Shown here: piece by piece, positions 38,061-50,308 of the stretch
Position numbering within the stretch: position 1 is the stretch's first letter
Layout: the number at the start of each line of letters is the position of its first letter
Source: Bigelowiella natans CCMP2755
Taxonomy: Eukaryota; Protista; Cercozoa
NCBI GenBank assembly: GCA_000320545.1
Contig: ADNK01000513.1
Coordinates: 1-64,000, forward strand
Direction of reading: 5' to 3'
Length of the DNA: 64,000 nt
Notes under the pieces: generated by a model
The model's database searches: none
The model's input: the letters and a program-made list of their open reading frames with translations, nothing else
Told to the model about the DNA's origin: nothing
Program-made: the position numbers and the translations under genes

Positions 38061-40931
38061 ATGGAAATTGAAAATGCGCAGCACTACGAGCTCGAATCTG
38101 AACAAAAAGACAAAAAGCATAAATTTTACGAAATCATGGAAATTTTGTACGAAAATCGTGGGGATTTGCTCTTGCGGTAAAATGCGCCCCTCAGATTATG
38201 TATCAACTCTCAATTTTAGAGTCGATCAAAAACATTCGCTGAGCTGAACAGACAGCTATGTATCAGCCTCCGAGCCGCCTAGAAACATTGAGGTAAGGAA
38301 GTGTTAAAAAACCAACAAAGTGATTTAATCGAATTTTCGACCCTCGAAATCATATTGCGACTCGTGATCGATACTATCCAAACAACAGATGATATTTACG
38401 CATCGAGGAAATATCCTAGAAATATTGACAGTCTTCAAGCTCACAGTATGGACAATTCCTGGTGCAAAAATGACTTGCGACATGATAAATTTCTGACGAA
38501 TACAAGTGCTTGTCGTCACTCAAATAATAGGAGTATGGGGATCCTAGGCTGCAGGCGAACCATTTGGGTGATGAGCGATGTACATGTTACCTGCCCTAAG
38601 ATTCTAATATCCTCCGCCCATGACTTCTCCTCATGAGAGAAATTCTTTGATTACATAGTAAATCTAGAATATAAATTTTGGCGAATAAATTCACCGGCGG
38701 TGGGAAGTTACGAAATTAATTGGATGTGATTCAGATGTCCAATTCTCATTCGATGTTATTTACAGCACTTCACCGAATGGGGATTGTCAACATTTTAGAT
38801 ACATATTCTAGAAATCCAACGCAAGTTGACACGAGGCAAGAACCAGCACAAATACTTGATCTAACACTCAACGTGAAGCTCATCTTTAAATATGAGCGGT
38901 GCAAAAGCAATTGTCGCCATCTCTGTCTACATCACCGATACCCAGTACAACATGGTTCGCGTAGACCCAAGCACGACATGTGAGACGGTATAAATCTTTA
39001 ACATTATGCGAGAACGGCAACATATGAGTGAAAGATATGGGACTCTTAATGTGGATGCTCACCCGCTTTGAAACCATCATTTATTGTCAGATTTGCTCCT
39101 CCGTTGTTAAAAAAAGAAACCTTGATCCATCCCAGAAGGTATTCTTATTAACGATGTTCCGACCAATACGTTTGCATTGATTGCCAATTATTTGATCCTA
39201 TTCAGTATTGCCTCGTTCTGGAATTTGACGAGGAACTAGAGGTGGCATATGTAACACAAGAATAATTGGCGCTGATAAATAAATAAATATACGGAGCATC
39301 AAATATATGCCTCCAGGCTCTTGCGTTTGAAATGAGCTGAATCTTTGCGCTAAGACAACGATTCCCCCCCCCCCCCCCCCCCTCTCTCTTATATGCTCTT
39401 CTCACCTTCACAGTCCAAATTGCACCCGAAAGACAGCATTCTTGAAATTCTCTCATCATACCGCCAAGGATCAGAGGACAAAGGTGGTGGTACCCTTAGC
39501 AGAAAAAGAAGAAGAAGATGATCATGATCATGATGAAAGAAGTGAATGTAATTAATCTAGTAGATAGAAGATACCAATAGAAGAAGCGTGGAGCAACTCT
39601 CACAAGCTCGGGGCAGCACGCAATGTGTACCATTCTCTTAAATTCTTTGTGCGGCTCCTCCACGTAGTATCTCGCTCTAATCGTGCATATTTGTCTTAGT
39701 CCGAGTGGTGCTTAAGCCTAGCGAAGGGGTCGAAGAAGAGTCTGAGGGAGAAGAGGAGGATTCAGACGTACAGGAAGAAAGAAAGCGAGAGAGAGAGAAT
39801 AAAAGATCAATTTTGTAAAGTCCCCACGTTGAATGACAGAAAATAAAGAATAGCCTGTCCTCATAGCATATGCCATATCAATGAAGCAACGCGCTCATTT
39901 GCGCGATTATACACACTGTTGAAGGCTACTGTGCTGTTCATCAAATTTTATTGGCTAACAGGATGAGGACATGTTTGGCGGTCTAGACAGCGAGGAGGGC
40001 AGCGAATTTCAAGGTTACTCCGACTTCATATAATTCTCATATCTTGTAGTTGTTCTATGGTATTTGCTCTGTCTGCATGCTGCTGCTGCTGTCATTGCGT
40101 TGCTCCTCTCACTTTCATCTTCTTCCAGGTGTCCTTATGAAGCGTGGCGAGCTGAACAAGTCGTGGAAAGAGCGTTTCTTCGAGATCCAGGTATGCTGCC
40201 ACGAAGTCTAAGAAGAAGAAGAAGTAGAAGAAGAAGAAGAAAAAGAAGAAGACTCTCTGGACTTAGAGTTAGAACGTCGCACACAACATGAAGAAGAATA
40301 CCCCATGTCAATTATAATCAAAACATCTTCCGGAGTAAGGAAATTGTAGTGCGATGGTAGATAGAGTAGTAGTCCGCCGCAAAAAAAATAAGCTCGTTCC
40401 CTCTTCAAACCATGGTGGTGATGGCAAATATGAATTGGATACACCCTCCTTCCTTACCCCGTTTTATCATCATCTACTCGCTTCTCAGAAAGGGGAGCTG
40501 GTGTACCGGAAAGGGCCCAAGGGAAGGCGGAGAGGCACTATTCCGCTTAGAGAAGCTGTGATTACTATGACGCCGAGGTTGGTCACCAATTGATGACGAC
40601 GGCGACGATGATAATGATGATATTGAGAATGATGATAATGATGATCATGATGATGATGATACAATTGATCTTTTCGGGTTGTTCCCTCACATGTGGTTAT
40701 CATTAGGGAGAAACCGAGCAGCGGGCGTTTCATGATTCGGGTACCGGACACAACACGCGTGTTCCACTTGAAGGCGGCTAACTACGATCAGATGGTAATC
40801 TGGATCGAGGCCTTGCGAAGGTACTCGCAGCAATGAATCATGCAAGAGGGAACGTTGGCGTCATGGTCGCCCCTACATGCTGTCTCACACAGTAGCGATT
40901 CGTGTCTTTTCACTTTCTCCCAGTACATATG

Positions 40932-40975
<44 letters not shown>

Positions 40976-41196
40976 GATCGATCTACATCGAATATAACGT
41001 TGAGTGTTCTATCGTGCTATCTTCTTCGTAACCACAACAACCCTCACCCTGTCTCCTCCTCCTCCTCCTCCTCCTCCTCCTCCTCCTCTCTCCAAAGCCG
41101 TTCAGAGGTCGTTCAAGAGAATATGTCAATTGACGTCATTGGGGGCTGGATTCAGGTAAGAAGATTGTAAGACGACGACGACACGCTAACATACAA

Positions 41197-41232
<36 letters not shown>

Positions 41233-41848
41233 CATATATAACAGAATTAAAATAGGTGTGTGAGTGCGTGTACAAACAATGAGATGCAGCAGCTAATGGT
41301 CAAATCTAAAATTGTGTTTGATTTTACCCTGTAGCGAATAGAATCGATCCAAGCTGAAGTGGAGGAGCGCCACAACGGTAGTAAGTAGCAGCAGAGTGCC
41401 ATTAAGTCTTTTTCTCATTCTGGTTCTTTTTCTTCTTTCCTCGATCGGTAATGCACATGGTGATGATGATGTCGATGGCGACGGCAGAGAGGATTACATC
41501 CCTGGACGCAGCAATAGCCAGTGGGAAGGAGGGTCAGCTCATATCTGAATTCAGTGAATTCCTTGAGAGCCGCACCATATCAAACAAGTTTCTGAAGTTT
41601 TGCGAGATGACTCGAGATCTCTCATCAGCGAAGGATAAGAGGACAGCAGGTGCTCTGTGGGCGTGCTGCCTTTGCCTGAATACGTAACAAAAAGCACGCG
41701 CGTGTACACTGACTGGCAGCAGCAGGAAATATGATGACGTTCGGTTCTTCGTCATCACTCATTTCAGCAGCTTGGCAATTTTATCGCAGTGCGTGGGGTG
41801 ATCAGCTGCTTGTTGCTGCTTGTACGGCACGATCCGTTGCCTCCATAA

Positions 41849-41925
<77 letters not shown>

Positions 41926-42414
41926 AATATATATTTTGCACTCCTCAGGAAAGGCGACGTTATCAACATACTTATCTGCCATCACGGTGATAGATAGATA
42001 GTAGTAAAAACAGATCTCATTTACCTCTCTCTCTCTCTCTCTTTCTCCCCTTTCTGCATGTGAGCATGCACGCGAGGGTCTACCAATCTCTTTCTCTCCT
42101 CCTTGCTATCCTTTTGCTATATGCATCATCAAGTCGTCGCGCAAGTAGTATCTACTAACACCTCTCTGCTCAATCTTCCTCCTCCCCCCTTCTCATAATT
42201 CAATCTTCTTTGTCGTTTACACAGAGGAAGGGCCGGGCATCGATGATGCGCATGGCAGGAGAGTCCAGCAATGTAGAAGAAGAAGGCGATGGCAGCAACG
42301 ATGGGAGGAAGAAGAAGGGCGAGGATGAGGAGGATATACATAGGGAAGATGAGTGGAAGGTACCGCGCGGTTAGAAGAGAAAGACGGAGACAGAGAACGA
42401 AGTCTTCAATGTTT

Positions 42415-42452
<38 letters not shown>

Positions 42453-43682
42453 CAGAGCAGGTGGAAGTAGAATAGAGAGAGTGAGTCAGAAAAGAGGAAG
42501 ATAGAGTGAGGGAGGGGGACGCACGCATGCACTACATACACACACACTTGTTCCCTCTTTCACTTCTTATTGTTGTTGTTCATCGTTCGAAAGGCGGCTG
42601 GTTACGAAGGAGAAGACAACAGCACCACGAACATGGACGCCGCTGGTGAGATGATATTAGTGGCACAGGCGATCAATGCGCTGCCGCAAAGAGGGCGCGG
42701 AGAGACCAGAAAGTTATCTCAAATCCTCGAGGTCGGCTTGCTATGATGGGAATAAATGATGCTGATGACGACGACGACGATGATGATGATGATGATAACT
42801 CTAAACCCGCCATTTGTTGGTGGTTTGTTCAGTCCGGTGATGAAGCGGCTCTGGGGGAGCTCGAAGAGTTGTTAGGGTCGCTGTCGTGCCAAGTTTACCA
42901 GATACTGGAACCCTGCTACTCCATCTTCATCAGAAAGAATGTAGTCATACTAGATGGAAGTAGTAGGAGTAGTTGTAGTAATAGTAGTCGTCGTCGTCGT
43001 CGTGCGTTTGTTTGTGCGAATATAGAGAAAGACAAAGAGAGAGAGAGAGAGGGAGAGAGAGAGAGAGAGGATGTTTATAAGAAGAAGACTCAAACGACGG
43101 CACGACATGCTGAAAGCAGCACAAAGTAGCAGCTGTCTTGCAGCTACCAGTAAGTTGAGAAGGATAGATAATAGTCAGCGTGCAGTTATTTTTGCCCTTG
43201 CCCGCTACTACATCAATCAGTAGTGAATGGGGTCCTCCTGAAAGCAGCCATTCGCTAGCTTGAGACTTGCTGCTATTATTTGTTTGTTTTGTGACTCGCA
43301 AAAAAGACGATGGCGATGCGTGCGAGATGGGCCCCAGACGACACCGCTAGAAACATCGAGCAGAAAATAATAGGAGGAGGAAGATTTGTTAGTAGTGGTG
43401 GTGGTGGTGGTAGTAGTAGTAAAAGTAGTAGTAGTAGTAAAAGCGACGAGAAGGACAGAGTGGCGCGAGCTGCTATATCCGCCATACGCATAAATCCTGT
43501 ATCACTCAAGAAGGAGACGAAGAGAGCATGTGCACGGTACTACTGCAATTACGTAACAATACAGCAATAAATATTCTATATTTATCTTCATGTTTCACGC
43601 GATGAGTGTCCTATGATGATGATGTTGTTGTTGTTGTTGTTGTTCTTGTTGTATCACCTTGCTTTCATGTCTGAGATGACAC

Positions 43683-43717
<35 letters not shown>

Positions 43718-44589
43718 CACGATGATAGGGCTCGCTCGCAATCTCCAAAGAGGAAGGTGAGAAGAGAGGAAAAAAGAGCGGGGAAACAAGGGAGGGAGGG
43801 AGGGAGGAGAAGTACCTCCTCAAAGCAGCGACAGTTATTCGCAATACGCACGCTGACGTTGGTGATAGTAGTGGTATATTCATGAAGTAGTGGTCAGCAT
43901 TGGGGCTCATTAACCACTACCATTATCTCATTTTGTCATTTCCCCCTCCCCCCACCCCTCCTCCTCCTTCTCCTCCTCCTCTCCCTCATGGGGATTGTTC
44001 TTTTATCCTTGTATCAAGGGGGGGAAGAATCGGGGAAAGAGAAGTAAACGTGCATCTACATTACCAACAAAAGGAGGAGGGGCCACTCCTCCAGCACTCC
44101 AAATCAACGATCTTCCTCCCAAATTTTCCCGTCGTGGCAGCTATGTTGGCAGTCTTGGCCGCCGCAGTAAAGTGCTGGATCACATGTAACATGCTTAGAT
44201 AGATCATCATCGTTCATGCTATTCACTGCATGCATATTACTCACGCACGGTGTTGTTTTGGCATCATCAGCATCATTATCATCATCTTCATCATCATCGT
44301 GACTATTGCAGTGCCTCCTCCTCCTTCATGCAGCTGCCTGCTTACACGTGATTGATGATGATGGAAAAACAACAACAATAACAAAAACATCCATCAGGGA
44401 ATTGCTGAAAGCTAGCATCACACTTGGGAGAAATCAGAACAACAGAGCTGGGTCAAAGAAGGTAATATTAAGCAGCTCTCCGTAACTTGATGATCTTCAG
44501 CAGCAGCATCGTAATTGTCTTGACCATCGTCATCATCACTAAATCACGATCCATATCCGGTCATCACCCTACACATAGAGCTCCTTCGA

Positions 44590-44622
<33 letters not shown>

Positions 44623-45802
44623 CATGAGGATGGAGGAGGAGAAGAAGGGTGAAGGAAAGAAGAAAAAGAAGAAGCACGTTGCGGAACTGGAAATGCCGGA
44701 GTAAGTTCCATGCTGTCGGTCAACTCGTATCTATCTTCCTGCACTTATCACCACCATCATGATCATGATCTATCATCGTTGATTCTTGCTCGTTTGTTGT
44801 GCGAATTGGCATGGCTGCTGCGCTTACGTGCCCGACAGTTCCTACGACGAAAAATGGACTGAAGAAGGTCAGAGAGCTGGCTTGGGGTGGGAGGCGAAAA
44901 AGAGGAAATAGCAACAAGAACAAATATATAGACTATAACATGGATGATGATGTGCTGGCGATGATTTACTTAAACAACAAAAATACGAAGAAGAAGAAGA
45001 AGAAGAAGAAAGAGGAGGACGGGGAGGAGGAGAAGGAGAGAGAAAGCAACAACAAAGCTGAAATATATCGCTGAAATATATCGCTGTTGGTTCTACACCA
45101 TCATCATCATCATCATCATCATCATGATGTTGTCGTGTAACATGTCTAGGGTCTGCTCGTAGTCCATCAACCAGCAACTCCCCTTTTGACTCCAACTTCT
45201 GGACGGGGGGGTGGGAGAGAAGTGAAATAGAAGAAGAAGAGAGCAAAGTTGATGGTTCTAGTGGAGGGCCTGTTGGCAGCCACGATGGTGGTACTACTGC
45301 AGCACCCACAGTAACAACAGCTGAACCGGACGTTCCCGCTGTAACTTCTATCAATAGGAGAGGAGGCGGGGATAACAGTACCGGCGCTCCTACTCCAAGC
45401 AATAGTAGTAGTAGTAGTAGTAGTTGTAGTAGTAGTGAGGCAGCAGCGTCATCATCATTATCATCATCCTCAGTATCAGGCGCGTCATCATCAGCCGTGA
45501 CGGCATCAGTTTCAGCATCAAGGTTGACGAAGCGCAAATCTTCAACGGCGGGTGGTGGTTCTGGGATGGATGTGATATCGGAGGATGATGGGCTTGATGC
45601 CGTCGATCATCCTGTGACTGGAAGGAGAAACAAAGAGACCAGCAGTTATACCAATGCTCCTGTAATATCCTTCTCCCCCCCCCCCCTCCCCTCTTCTTCC
45701 CTAACTTCTTTCGTCGCTGCGCGAGTACTAGGAGCAGAAAGTCTCAAATTGAATCGAATCTCACCCCCCTCCCCCCCCCTCCCACTCTGTCTCTTGCTGT
45801 GT

Positions 45803-45833
<31 letters not shown>

Positions 45834-46657
45834 GTCCTACTATGTGTTTCTGGTTGAAATTAGGACGGAAAGACTGGTGGAGGATCGGGTTCGTCGAGAT
45901 TAGCACCTACGTCGTCGTCGGCATCGGCAACTTCAACAGGAAAGAAGAATCGCGAGGCTTCAACAACCGCAACATCCTCCTCCAGGAAGAAGTGGGGAGG
46001 GGGAACCATTTTTGACGATGACCAAGGGGACGACGACGACGACGTTCGTGCAAAATTTTTCCTTTAATACGGCAGAGAGAGCATTGTTACAACAACAGCA
46101 ACAGCTTCCATTTTCAACTTTGAATACAGATCTGGCAGAACACCGCATTACCCCCCCCCCCTTGCTTGCGACAATAGCTACAAAGCACTGAACATAAATT
46201 TCCATTATCATATACTGCCCTGAATTACGCGATAATTATTTGATGAATAGCTGTTCGGGTCTGTACGAAAAAAAGATAGCATGGATGGCAAAGGATCTTC
46301 TACAGCTACCAAATCAAATGTTGGAGGAAGGGGCGAAGGAGGAGCAGGAGACATCCTCGGTGCAGATCTTGGGGAATTTCTTGAAGCTGACGATGTAGCA
46401 ACTAACCTAATAGGAACAGCATTTTTGTTTGGTTCGCGTCATCAATAAAAGCATTTTCCATCCTGAAGGTCCTTAAGGAACTTGGCGGTGGAGCGAGCGA
46501 ATTAGATGCAGGTGCTATCCATTAATTTGCGTGCCCCCCTCACATATGTCACACTGAAAAGATTTTATGTTGCGTTGTTGTGTCGTTGAAAGACGGGCTA
46601 CTGGAAAATGAGGATGAAGATGCGAATGCAAACGACGACCTTTTTGCTGGTATATAG
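38061..46657 (+). CDS. RA + PH + RGS-like domain signalling protein with low-complexity C-terminus; many exons, ends approximate
   Basis: Spliced RA: GIVNILDTYSRNPTQYNMVRVDPSTTCETICSSVVKKRNLDPSQKYCLVLEF (38770-39240). PH: FQGVLMKRGELNKSWKERFFEIQKGELVY..GTIPL..FMIRVPDNTRVFHLKAANYDQMVIWIEAL (40005-40820). RGS-like: SLDAAI..FSEFLESRTISNKFLKFC..AWQFY..VYQILEPCYSIFI (41490-42940). Confidence 0.7.
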
Positions 46658-46769
46658 AAGTGAAGGCTAGCTTCCTATCTACTGGACGTTCTCTGTGTAC
46701 CGATTATTCGAATAATGTAATATGATCAACAATTGGCGAATGATAAGGAACTTAACTAAATCAGCTTAT

Positions 46770-48260
46770 TGTTACTGAGCTAGCTAACATGTTCACTACA
46801 ATTCCGAAATGGGTGTCTTACTCCACTATTAGACTAACGTTCACCTCGCACTAGAAATACCTGCCCGAGTGGCCAATCCCTAGGCGTGTGCGTGCACACT
46901 TCTGCGTGCATGCAGCATCGTACTTAGCAGCATCTAGTAGGGCTCGTGCGCTCCTCAAAATCCTGCGGCTGCTGCGCGTGATATCTAGGAAGTGAACTGC
47001 TTTGAAAGTCGTTTATTGCATTTCTACGCTCAGGGCTGCTGCATGCAGGCTGCGTACATCGAGTGTAGACATGCTAGCATCAGCTATCACATCTAGACAT
47101 TGACCATGTCATAGCTACTTTATTTAGAAACATGATCTAGATCTAGCTAAAGATGACAGATGATGTACAAAGCTAGAAAGCATCATCAGCTACATCTCTA
47201 GATCTAGCTCAACATGCATGTAACAATTTGGGTAATTACATCCGTCTCATGATTTAGGCAATGCAAATGTCTAGCTAGCTAGGTGGTAGCAGGCAGCAGG
47301 AGGCACTCATGTGCATGTCTGTAGCCCCATGCTGTGCAACTGACAACAAACATTGGAGCACTAGATGACATGCAAGTATATGTACAAGAACAAAGCTGCT
47401 ACAATGTTCTACTGGTACGTAGTATCTAGGCACAAACACGTGCATGACGTGACATGACGTACGTATGCGACCGTTACCGCTTCCTTCCCGTGCGTTGGTG
47501 TCATGAGACGCTCATTCAGGCACGGGAAAATAAGACATTGCCCTAGCTAGCTAGACCGCACACTTGCTGGATCTCTAGATCTCCATCTACAGATGGCGGA
47601 ATCGAAGGGCTTGTCAGCACGCACGTAGCTAGCTCAGTCAGGAAAGACCTTACCCCTAGCTAGCTCTAGAGCTAGTCGCTACGTAGTCAGTGTGGGCTAG
47701 AGAGGAAAGATATGAAGACCTGTGTGGGAAGCCCTGCTAGCTAGCTGGCCTGCGCCGGTCAGACCTCGCCCGATCGCATTGTCGCGCACACATGAACGTG
47801 CTAGCGTGTGACATGTCAACATTACGCTAGCTAGTGCGTACTAGCTAATGCAATTGTCATCCAAACAACCTCGCTTGCATTGCCATGCCATGTAGCCTTC
47901 GTGCACATCGATCTATATATATGCATGCGGGCAAGTAAGCACGCACCGGCTGTCTACCTTGCCACGTGTACGTAGCCCATGACAGTGCTATGCATAGACA
48001 CTCCGCTGTAGCGTAGATGGTAAAGCCGCGGCAGCAGGGTCACGCACTGCATCATCTAGTCATGCGAGACGTGTCATCATGTATGTATCTATCTAGACAT
48101 GGCGCACAAACTACTATGTCAGGCTAACGCACAATGTGAGTGAGTGAGCGAGCACATGGTCAAATATGTACGCATGATTGCTGCCGACGAGTATGTATTA
48201 TAGCATAGTGTTTGTGTGTGTGCTTGTGTGTAGCCCACAAATACATGATGATGACATGCC
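46770..48260. repeat. CTAG-rich degenerate tract between the convergent RA-PH-RGS and MMTAG2 genes
   Basis: Dense ctagctag, tctaga and catg. Contains an inverted pair cgtctcatga (47243) / tcatgagacg (47501) and motifs shared with other tracts. Confidence 0.7.
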
Positions 48261-48404
48261 ACATAATTGTTCGCGGACCGTCATAGCACACATCCAAGGC
48301 ATGTTGGATCTGATGGAGAGTTTGCTGGAAGAACCTTCATCTTTATTCCTCCATGAATAAATTACAAACAGTCATTTTTCCTACAACGATTGAACTTAAA
48401 TAAC

Positions 48405-49714
48405 CTAATCTGACTCGCTATCGTCTGACCCTCTCCTCCTCTTTCGTGATTCTTTCTTTTTTGCTTTTTTTGCTTTCTTTGCTTCCTTCTTCGCTTTCTT
48501 TTTTGCTTTCTTCGCAGCCTTTGAGAGAAATAGTAATGAGAACAATGAGATAAGTTAGCATCAAGAACAAACCACCTTCTTTGCCTTTTTCAGAGCTTTT
48601 CTCGCACCTTCGTCATCTTTACAGAGGTTAAATAATGCATATACATCCAGAACTTAAGGTATAATATTGTGACAAGTGTTGTCCAAAGATTCTTTGAAAA
48701 AAGGTTAATCCGAGTAATGCATTACTCCAAAGTATTATTCGTATTGGATGTACTCACAAGACGCTGTTTTTTACCTTCGTCATCTTCCGCTGCCTCTTTT
48801 GCTTTCGCCACAGCAGCCTTTGCCATTTCAAGCATCTAATAATACAAGGTTCTGCGTTTCTTTCTTTCCATATCGTTTACCAAATGGGTAATAATCATAC
48901 CTTACTTGCAGACAGTTTTGCTTTTGGTTTATCTTCCGATCTAGAAAAATGATTGTTCAACGCAAGAGAGACGACACAAAAATTAAACGGGTGGTACCCT
49001 CCTTCCCCGTCATCTCCTTCCGCAACTCTTTTCATCCCACTCGCAATCATTTCTCGAAGCTTCGCAACTTTATCGGCTTTCGATCGACCATCATGATACC
49101 TAGAAAGAGTCCCAAATTATGTAAATAGTTACATATATGGATCCAATGCATGTCGTGTTCTCTTCTAACCTTGAAGTGCTGGCCCCCAAACCATCAATTC
49201 GCTCAGCAGCTTGGGTATCATCCCTCTCGGTATCCCCTAAATACGAATATTATAAGGGAATAAAATTTGATTTTTTTATTTGTCTGACCTTTCTTTAGGA
49301 GTTCTTTCATTTCAGATTCACTCAGTTTGGTCTTTGATCTCCGTTTCTTCGTCGCCATCCCTCTGGAAGAACACTACGTCAGACACACACGTAAAATTTT
49401 GAAACTTTCACTTACAATTTCTCCATGATAGCTTGACGATCGTTTTCTTTTACACGACGCATTTCTTCTGCCCTCCTCCTCCTTTCCACATCATTCTTGT
49501 CACCCCCTTGCTTCGATTTTGTCCACCATAATATGTCTCTCCCTTTCCAAGAATATCAATGTGAAGCTGTGATGAGATTTAAAGTGCAAACAGTATTACA
49601 ACCTTTCTGCCAGCGACCAACCGGGGCATTAAGTGAGTGGCCGAGGTAGCATTCACGGTGTTTGTCGATCTTTACATCGTCCCAACTGAAACAATCTGGC
49701 CTACCGCGTGACAT
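48405..49714 (-). CDS. MMTAG2: Multiple myeloma tumor-associated protein 2 homolog (C1orf35-like)
   Basis: [46 protein letters not shown] matches the MMTAG2 N-terminal signature ([27 protein letters not shown]). Short introns and a Lys-rich tail. Confidence 0.9.
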
Positions 49715-50308
49715 GCTTTCCTTTTCTTAGTTTATGATAGATTTTTATGCAGTGCTACGATCTGCTTTTCAGTTTCGTTTGAGCTTGGAAGCGGGATTGT
49801 TATGAGGTGAGCTTTTTCTTCTTCCAGCAGTTCTTGTTCACGCCTCCATGAATTCTGGTGAAGCAGAACAGAGACATTCTCTCATGTTCTGAAGTTGAGA
49901 ATTCTCACTTCTCAAACAATCAATGTCTTCCTGAAAGAATCCATCAAATCTGCATGAAAGCGACAAAAAGATTCCGCCAGCATTACGATCCGCAAAATTC
50001 AGCAAAAAGTTTACCAGAAAATTCCTAAAAAGTAGACACTACATTTGTGGAAGATCTGCTCTGCACTGCTTCTGCCTTCTTTGCATTTATGAACCTTTAT
50101 GAGAAGAGAATCCTGCGAAATTATTGGTACAAGACTGGAGTAAGCACAGAGGTGCAGCAAATCAAGCTGTCGCAGGAATAAAATCTTCTCGAGTCATCTC
50201 GTTACAGTCCGCTGCAGTACTCGTGTTCAGAAATTCGACACTTCGGAAATCACAGACACAGCAAGATTGCATTCGAAAATATTTTTACGACATTCCTATT
50301 TTGCATCA

